Below, one piece after another: positions 14,517 to 20,085 of a DNA stretch of 20,085 nucleotides (positions within the stretch are counted from its first letter, which is position 1; each line of letters starts with the position of its first letter). The notes below the pieces were generated by a model. The model had not been told where the DNA came from, ran no database searches, and worked only from the letters and a program-made list of their open reading frames with translations. Location of the stretch: positions 1 to 20,085 of the forward strand of contig JBKBRF010000075.1 of the NCBI GenBank assembly GCA_046292385.1. The letters are read 5' to 3'. The stretch is from Armatimonadota bacterium. GTDB taxonomy: Bacteria; Armatimonadota; SYMT01. The position numbers and the translations under genes are program-made.

Positions 14517-16018
14517 GGCGGGTCCTTCGGGGCAGGAGAGTCCAGATAGTAGGTGGCGAGGCCCGAGTAGCGGCCCTGGTGCTCGTTGCCGTGGCCGTGC
14601 TCGAAGCTAAGACGCAGCGAGCGGCGGAACGGTACCGCGGCCGGAAGATGGACGCGATAGAGCAGCGGCGCGCCGTGGTGCCGGGTGATCCCGTGCAGCG
14701 GGAACGAGCCGAGGTGGGAGAAGCCCCACGCGAAGCTGAAGAAGTCTTCGGTACCGGTGCCGTGGATCGACGGCTCCCGCTCCCCGTCGACCCGGAACCG
14801 GTCGTCGCCTTCCATGTTGCCGGGACGGTCCATGACCAGCCCCACCCAGTGCCCGCGCCCCCGCGTATCGAGCACCAGGTAGTCTTCCTTACCCAGCGGC
14901 GGCTGGTGATCGTAGGCACGGGCGTGGAAGTAGGCGTCGTCCGCCGCCGGGGTCTCGCGCTGCCAGAGGGCGAGCGCGGTGACCGGCACCGCCTGCGCAC
15001 CCGTTGAGGTGAGCGAGATGCGGGCACTGCGCCGGAACGGCATCGGGAAGTAGCAGTAGAGCTCGCCGTCCGTGCTGCCCTGGAAGAGGCCGCGCACCTC
15101 CTGGCGCAGATCGGTCGCGCCGAAGAAGCTGCCGACCGGCGCGCTCACGGCCGGACGCTCCGCATCATCCCACGTGATCTCCAGGTGGAAGTCCTGAGCC
15201 CGCGCCTCGGGCGGCAGACGCAGGCGCAGCCCGTAGAGCACCCCCGGTCCGTCGAGCTGGAAGAGGGACGTCGGACGGCCGGCGGCGACCTCCACCTCTG
15301 CCCTGCGATAGCGCCCTTCCCGGAGCCGCCACGGCGAGGAGCCGGCGCCCCGCCACAGCTCCGCCGCCCGCTGCTGCGCCTGCCGCTCCTCCAGCGGCAG
15401 ATCCGGGGTAAACCGCCGGACCGGCTGACCCGGCTCCAGGCGGCGGTAGGTGAGCTGGTAGTAGACGTGCGGGATCTGCTTCCCCGCGCTGTTCTCCCGG
15501 TACCGGTAGCGCTCCGGCGGGGCGGTCGGCACCAGCACCACCTTGCAGCGCCGCGCGTAGCCGATCGGCACGTAGCCGTAGCGCGCCAGGTTCACCTTTC
15601 CCACGAACGGCGCGAGGAACGGCGGGCGCGTGCCGCTGCAGAGCTCTTCCAGGTCGATCCGCAGGTCCGGCTCGGCGCCCTCGTCCAGGTAGAGGAGCAG
15701 CTCGTACGGCTCCTCGGCCGACTTCCGCGTCATCCAGATGCGGTCGATCACGCCCGGCCCGGTCTCGTCCATCAGCACGTACCGGCGCCCGGGCTCCTCC
15801 CGTAGGAAGTTGCCGCTGTCGTAGAAGCCGTCGCCGCGATCGTGGCCGGAGGCCTGCAGGGACTTCCACGGCTTGAGACGGCTCGCCGCGCGCAGGTCGA
15901 GCAGCTCCGCAAAGCTCCCCGGCACCGGGGCGGCGGCCGGCTTCTCCGCCGGCGCGGGCGGCGAAACCACCGCGACGAGGGAAAGGACGAGAGGAACGGT
16001 GATGCGGGTGGGGCTCAC
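14513..16018 (-). CDS. DUF2961 / glycoside hydrolase family 172-like protein
   Basis: Two related modules (GPGVIDRIWMT; GPGVLYGLRL...ITWDD..P.V.APVGSFFG, YCYFPMPFRRSARI), YFHA, GRGHWVG, EGDDRF.VDGE..PSIHGTGTEDFF. Start placed at GTG 16018, ahead of a hydrophobic signal-like stretch; start uncertain. Confidence 0.82.
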   Translation of the reverse strand: MSPTRITVPLVLSLVAVVSPPAPAEKPAAAPVPGSFAELLDLRAASRLKPWKSLQASGHDRGDGFYDSGNFLREEPGRRYVLMDETGPGVIDRIWMTRKSAEEPYELLLYLDEGAEPDLRIDLEELCSGTRPPFLAPFVGKVNLARYGYVPIGYARRCKVVLVPTAPPERYRYRENSAGKQIPHVYYQLTYRRLEPGQPVRRFTPDLPLEERQAQQRAAELWRGAGSSPWRLREGRYRRAEVEVAAGRPTSLFQLDGPGVLYGLRLRLPPEARAQDFHLEITWDDAERPAVSAPVGSFFGATDLRQEVRGLFQGSTDGELYCYFPMPFRRSARISLTSTGAQAVPVTALALWQRETPAADDAYFHARAYDHQPPLGKEDYLVLDTRGRGHWVGLVMDRPGNMEGDDRFRVDGEREPSIHGTGTEDFFSFAWGFSHLGSFPLHGITRHHGAPLLYRVHLPAAVPFRRSLRLSFEHGHGNEHQGRYSGLATYYLDSPAPKDPP

Positions 16019-16242
16019 GGTCTGCTGCTCGGGAGAGAGATGCCGGCGTTCGGTAGAGACGCTCCCTCCATGATGCGGAAGAACGCAGCCGCCGTCCGGC
16101 TTCCGTGCTTCGCCCGCCGTTTTGGGCGCCTCCTCCCGAGGGTATTGGAAGGCGCCGCGCGGCGGCGTCCTCACTCGACTGAACGGACAGGCCGCATGCC
16201 TCTGCGGAATCGTCAGCGGCTCGTCCGGGAAAGGAGCTCGGC

Positions 16243-17475
16243 ATGCGTTCCGCATTCACTGGCCTGACGGCGATCCTCGCCCTCACGATTGCCGGCGTCG
16301 CGGCGGCATACGGACCGCGAGGGGAGGGCGCGCCGCCGAACGTCGTCTCTTCCAGCGCCGGCAACCTGCGGGTGGAGCGCCTGGCCACGCTGCAGTACCC
16401 GTGGGGTATGGCGCTGCTGCCGGATGGACGCTTGCTGATCACCGAGAAGCCGGGACGCCTGCGGATCTGGGAGAATGGGCGCCTCTCCGAGCCGGTGCAG
16501 GGCGTGCCGAAGGTGGTCTACCGCGGGGGAGAGTTCGAGCAGGGCGGCCTGCTCGACGTGGAGCTCGATCCGGGCTTCGCGCAGAACCGGCTGGTCTATC
16601 TCTCCTTTTCAGAGGCGGCGGAGCGCCAGCCGGAGTCGATCGGCGAGACGGGAGACGCGCGGTTGAACGGACCCGATCTCTCCGACAACATTCTCCGCGG
16701 CGGGGCGGTGGCCCGGGGCAGGTTGGATGGCAACCGGCTGCGGGACATGCGGGTGATCTGGAGGCAGGTGCCAAAGACGGTGGGCCGCGGGCACTTCGGG
16801 AACCGGCTCCTCTTCGCGCCGGACGGAAAGCTGTTCATCACCTCCGGAGAGCGGATGCGCTTCGAGCCGGCGCAGAGCCTCGCTTCCAACCTGGGCAAGG
16901 TGGTCCGGATCAACCCGGATGGCTCCATTCCGCGCGACAATCCGTTCGTCGGCCAGGAGGGCGCCCGGGGCGACATCTGGAGCTACGGCCATCGGAACAT
17001 CCTCGCCGCGGCGTTCGATCCGGCGTCCGGGCGCCTCTGGGCCTTCGAGATGGGGCCGCTCAACGGGGATGAGGTCAACCTCATCGAGCGTGGGCGCAAT
17101 TACGGCTGGCCCGTCGTCAGCAATGGCGTGAACTACAATGGCGAGCCGATCCCAGTCCACCCCACCCGAGACGAGTTCCAGGCCCCGGTCCGCACCTGGA
17201 CGCCGGTGGTCTCCCCCTCCGGCGCCCTCTTCTACACCGGCGCGCTCTTCCCGGCGTGGCGCGGCAGCGCCCTGGTGGGTGGCCTCTCCTCGCAGGCGCT
17301 GGTCCGCCTGCAGCTGGACGGCGAGCGGGTGGCCGTGGAAGAGCGGCTCGACACGGGACGGCGCATCCGCGACGTGCTCCAGGCACCGGACGGGGCCCTC
17401 TTGCTGCTCGTGGACGCCGATAACGGCGAGCTGCTCCGCCTCACGCCCGCCGGACGCGCGCAGTCGCAGCGGTAA
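16243..17475 (+). CDS. PQQ-dependent sugar dehydrogenase (glucose/sorbosone dehydrogenase family, YliI-like)
   Basis: AAGGAG RBS; signal peptide; PWGMALLPDGRLLITEKPGRL, QGGLLDV..DPGF, GHFG.RL.FAPDGKLFITSGER, IWSYGHRN, GDEVN.I..G.NYGWP, RIRDVLQAPDG. Confidence 0.93.
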   Translation: MRSAFTGLTAILALTIAGVAAAYGPRGEGAPPNVVSSSAGNLRVERLATLQYPWGMALLPDGRLLITEKPGRLRIWENGRLSEPVQGVPKVVYRGGEFEQGGLLDVELDPGFAQNRLVYLSFSEAAERQPESIGETGDARLNGPDLSDNILRGGAVARGRLDGNRLRDMRVIWRQVPKTVGRGHFGNRLLFAPDGKLFITSGERMRFEPAQSLASNLGKVVRINPDGSIPRDNPFVGQEGARGDIWSYGHRNILAAAFDPASGRLWAFEMGPLNGDEVNLIERGRNYGWPVVSNGVNYNGEPIPVHPTRDEFQAPVRTWTPVVSPSGALFYTGALFPAWRGSALVGGLSSQALVRLQLDGERVAVEERLDTGRRIRDVLQAPDGALLLLVDADNGELLRLTPAGRAQSQR

Positions 17476-17506
17476 GCCGCGGGCAGAGGAGGGATCCGGA
17501 CCAGTT

Positions 17507-17767
17507 TCACCGCAGAGACGCGGAGCACGCGGAGAGAACCCGTACCAGGATCCGACCCGGACTTACCGCCAAGAGCGCCAAGTTCGCCAAGAAAGGAACC
17601 TGTAGGGAGAAACCTGCGGTGCCGTAGTCTGGGAGCCGTGAGGCAGACGAGGCCCATCCCTCTTGGCGAGCTTGGCGCTCTTGGCGGTGAAATCCGGTTC
17701 TCTCCGCGTCCTCTGCGTCTCTGCGGTGATTCCCCCTTCGGTTCCTCTCGGTGCCCTCTGTGGTGAA
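17507..17767. repeat. Nested palindromic intergenic element, copy 2 (inverted relative to copy 1) plus an extra half unit
   Basis: A 17507-17540, B 17565-17592, B' ending about 17688, A' 17696-17729, extra unit CTCTCGGTGCCCTCTGTGGTGAA 17745-17767. 17650-17688 is the exact reverse complement of 5408-5446 (39 bp). Confidence 0.9.
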
Positions 17768-17927
17768 ATCCCCCGGTTCGGCATCTACCGGGTGAAATAC
17801 TGACCCTCCCCCGCATCCGCGGCGCGCGGCGTCCGTTATCTACTGCATCCGAGCGAAGCGGAAGAGGCGGAAGGAGGATCGGATGGCTGTCGCTGCGTCT
17901 GCCCCGTGGGTCCCAGAGGGCGCCGGT

Positions 17928-17957
17928 TTGCCCGGCGAAGCGGGCTGGGAGTATAAT
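17928..17957 (+). promoter_or_regulatory. Putative sigma70 promoter of the ECF sigma operon
   Basis: TTGCCC-N18-TATAAT, about 105 nt upstream of ATG 18063. Confidence 0.6.
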
Positions 17958-18062
17958 AGGTGGCTGGGGCGGTGGCGCCGTCGCTCCGCACCTGCCGCGG
18001 ACGCCCGGGAGCCGGCGGCAGGCGACGAGGCGATTCCGCGGGATGCGGAGGGTGACAGCCCG

Positions 18063-18743
18063 ATGCCGTTCGACGAGAGCGACAAGACGCTGGTAGAGCG
18101 AGTGAAGGCGGGCGACGTGCGCGCCTTCGAGATGCTGCACCGCCGCTACTATCCCCGCATCTACCGGTTTGCCATGATGCGGCTCGGCAGCGCGGAAGAC
18201 GCGGCCGACGTGGCGTGCAACGTCTTCCTCCGCGCCCTGAAGCACCTCCCCTCCTACCAGTTCACCCGCGCGAACACGATCTACCCCTGGCTGCACCAGA
18301 TCGCGAGCAACCTGGTGATCGACCTGGTCCGGGCGCGGCCCGCCGGCAAGGTGCTCTCCCTGGACGCGCAGGCGGCGGAAGACCTCGACTCGTTCCTGGA
18401 ATTCCTGCCGGACGACGGCCCCAGTCCGCAGGAGCTGGTCGAGCGATCCGAGGTGCAGGCGCTGGTGAGGCAGGCGATCGAGCAGCTTCCGGCCGACCAG
18501 GCCCGCGCCGTCTCGCTGCGCTACCTGGCCGATCTCTCGATCCGGGAGATCGCGCAGGCGCTGGACCGTTCCGAAGGCGCGGTGAAGAGTTTGCTGCACC
18601 GCGCCCTTCAGGGTATGAAGGGTCATCTGAAGAGCGTGATCGCCGCGGCCCGCTCGAACGACGCTTCCGCGACGCTGCGCGGGGAAGCAGGAGTTGATAG
18701 CCATGAGTCAGAAGTCCTCCACCTTCGTTCGAGAGACGCGTGA
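18063..18743 (+). CDS. ECF-type RNA polymerase sigma-70 factor
   Basis: GGAGGG RBS before ATG 18063; region 2 (LVERVKAGD..AF..L..RY...IYRF; DAADV...VFL; PWLHQIASN..ID..R) and region 4 (LS.REIAQAL..SEGAVKSLLHRA). Confidence 0.92.
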   Translation: MPFDESDKTLVERVKAGDVRAFEMLHRRYYPRIYRFAMMRLGSAEDAADVACNVFLRALKHLPSYQFTRANTIYPWLHQIASNLVIDLVRARPAGKVLSLDAQAAEDLDSFLEFLPDDGPSPQELVERSEVQALVRQAIEQLPADQARAVSLRYLADLSIREIAQALDRSEGAVKSLLHRALQGMKGHLKSVIAAARSNDASATLRGEAGVDSHESEVLHLRSRDA

Positions 18744-19014
18744 TCGCGAGACGTGGCTGGAGAGCGCCGCGCCGGGCGACGGGGACGCCGCCCGGGAGCG
18801 CGAGCGGCTGCTGGCGGTCGCGGCGCTGATGCGCGGCACGGCGGAGACGATCGAAGTGCCGGAGGCGGAGGAGGAGCGGGCCCGGTCCCTCGCGGTGGCG
18901 GAGATGCAGCGGCTGCACCTGGAGCGCCTCCAGCACCAGGCGCCGCGCCCGCCGTGGTACCTCCGCTTCGGCCGCGCCATGCGCTACGTCTTTACCCTCG
19001 GGCGCCGGCGGTAA
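18703..19014 (+). CDS. Small hypothetical protein, possible anti-sigma factor
   Basis: AGGAG RBS; overlaps the sigma 3' end by 41 bp and ends 4 bp before ricT; helical, charged sequence with a basic/aromatic C-terminus. Confidence 0.65.
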   Translation: MSQKSSTFVRETRDRETWLESAAPGDGDAARERERLLAVAALMRGTAETIEVPEAEEERARSLAVAEMQRLHLERLQHQAPRPPWYLRFGRAMRYVFTLGRRR

Positions 19015-19018
19015 CCGC

Positions 19019-19912
19019 ATGGCTCTGGCAGTAGGCATCTCGTTCCGCCCCGCCGGCCGGATCTACTCGTTCGATCCGAACGGGCTGGAGCTGCGCCGCG
19101 GCGCCCTGGTGGTCACGGAGACCGCGCGTGGAGAAGAGATCGGCACCGTCAAGCACGAAGCCCGCGAGATCGCCTCGGCCGACCCGGCGATCCTGAAGCG
19201 GGTGCTGCGCCTCGCCGACGCCGCCGACCGCGAGCAGCTGGAGGCGAACCGCCAGCGCGCGGAGGAAGCGCTCGCCCTCTCCCGGCAGCGGGTCGCGGCG
19301 CGCCAGATGCCGATGAAGCTGCTCCGGGCCGAGTTTGCGTTCGACCTGAGCCAGGTGACGATCTACTTCGCCGCCGAAGGCCGGGTCGACTTCCGCGAGC
19401 TGGTCAAGGACCTCGCCGGGGTGCTGCGGACCCGCATCCAGCTGCACCAGGTCGGCGCGCGGGACGCCGCCAAGCTGCTCGGCGGCATCGGCCCGTGCGG
19501 GCGCGCCCTTTGCTGCTCGACCTGGCTCACCGACTTCGAGCCGATCTCGATGAAGATGGCCAAGGAGCAGAGCCTCTTCCTCAACCCCACCAAGTTCAGC
19601 GGAGTCTGCGGCAAGCTGATGTGCTGCCTGCGGTACGAGTACGACACCTACCGCGAGACGAAGGCGCAGATGCCCTCCCTCGGGGCGGAGGTCGACACGG
19701 CGGACGGCCGCGGCCGCGTGGTGGAGCACAACGTGGTGAAGGAGACCGTCCTCGTCGGCTTCCAGGACGGCGTGGAGCGGGAGTATCCCGCCGGCGACGT
19801 GGCCCGGCCGCTGGTCCGCGGCTGCTCCGTGCTGCAGGGCGGCAAGTGCGCCGGCGGCTGCGGCCCGAAGGCCTCCCCTGCCCCGGCCGAGCCGGCGGAC
19901 GAAGAGGAGTAG
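19019..19912 (+). CDS. ricT: RicT/YaaT (PSP1 domain) regulatory iron-sulfur protein
   Basis: G.IYSFDP, VVTETARG.E.G, MKL..AEF.FD, YFAAEGRVDFRELVKDLA..LRTRI.L.QVG.RD.AK.LGGIGPCGR.LCC, SMKMAKEQSL.LNP.K.SG.CGKLMCCLRYE. Confidence 0.93.
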   Translation: MALAVGISFRPAGRIYSFDPNGLELRRGALVVTETARGEEIGTVKHEAREIASADPAILKRVLRLADAADREQLEANRQRAEEALALSRQRVAARQMPMKLLRAEFAFDLSQVTIYFAAEGRVDFRELVKDLAGVLRTRIQLHQVGARDAAKLLGGIGPCGRALCCSTWLTDFEPISMKMAKEQSLFLNPTKFSGVCGKLMCCLRYEYDTYRETKAQMPSLGAEVDTADGRGRVVEHNVVKETVLVGFQDGVEREYPAGDVARPLVRGCSVLQGGKCAGGCGPKASPAPAEPADEEE

Positions 19913-20085
19913 CGGGGTTCAGTCCTACTGCTCGCAGTGGAGCTTTGCGAGAGCGACTTCACACCGAAAGAAGGGCCGCGCAAGGATACTGTTGGCGAAA
20001 TCGGGAAGCTTCTCCGGTGCCCCGCTGGCGCGGGGCGCGAAAGCAAGCATTCGCACTCCACAGGCTAGCCCGGAAGAGATTCCCT

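Noticed and set aside
16019..16255. N-terminal extension of the GH172 ORF to 16255; likewise upstream starts at 508, 2952, 12172 and 17883
   Set aside because: The extensions overlap neighbouring genes or promoters or precede the signal peptide; downstream starts fit RBS and domain boundaries better.
19913..20085. Gene or terminator after ricT
   Set aside because: Only a short GC hairpin near 20017-20039 without a U tract; no supportable ORF before the window ends.

Overview
High-GC bacterial window. Planctomycete-type cytochrome genes together with yhbY and ricT suggest a lineage such as Armatimonadota, but that is inference only. Gene order: yhbY, a Zn-ribbon membrane protein, an Nramp-like transporter (-), a DUF1592/DUF1588-type cytochrome with a PA14 domain and its DUF1552 partner, a DUF1549/DUF1553 (PSD1) cytochrome, an AbiEi/AbiEii type IV toxin-antitoxin pair (-), a secreted ankyrin-repeat protein, a GH172/DUF2961 + secreted-protein operon (-), a PQQ-dependent sugar dehydrogenase, and an ECF sigma / small protein / ricT operon. 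The most notable structure is the AbiE pair: it lies between two identical 70-bp copies of the 3' end of the PSD1 cytochrome gene (10279-10348 and 11959-12028), an attL/attR-like arrangement with no integrase. A ~220-bp nested palindromic element occurs twice in opposite orientations (5366-5586, 17507-17729). Other repeat families, a candidate structured RNA at the window start, a shared basic linker on secreted proteins and a Cys-rich RicT tail are also reported. All family calls come from motif recognition by eye, not from database searches.
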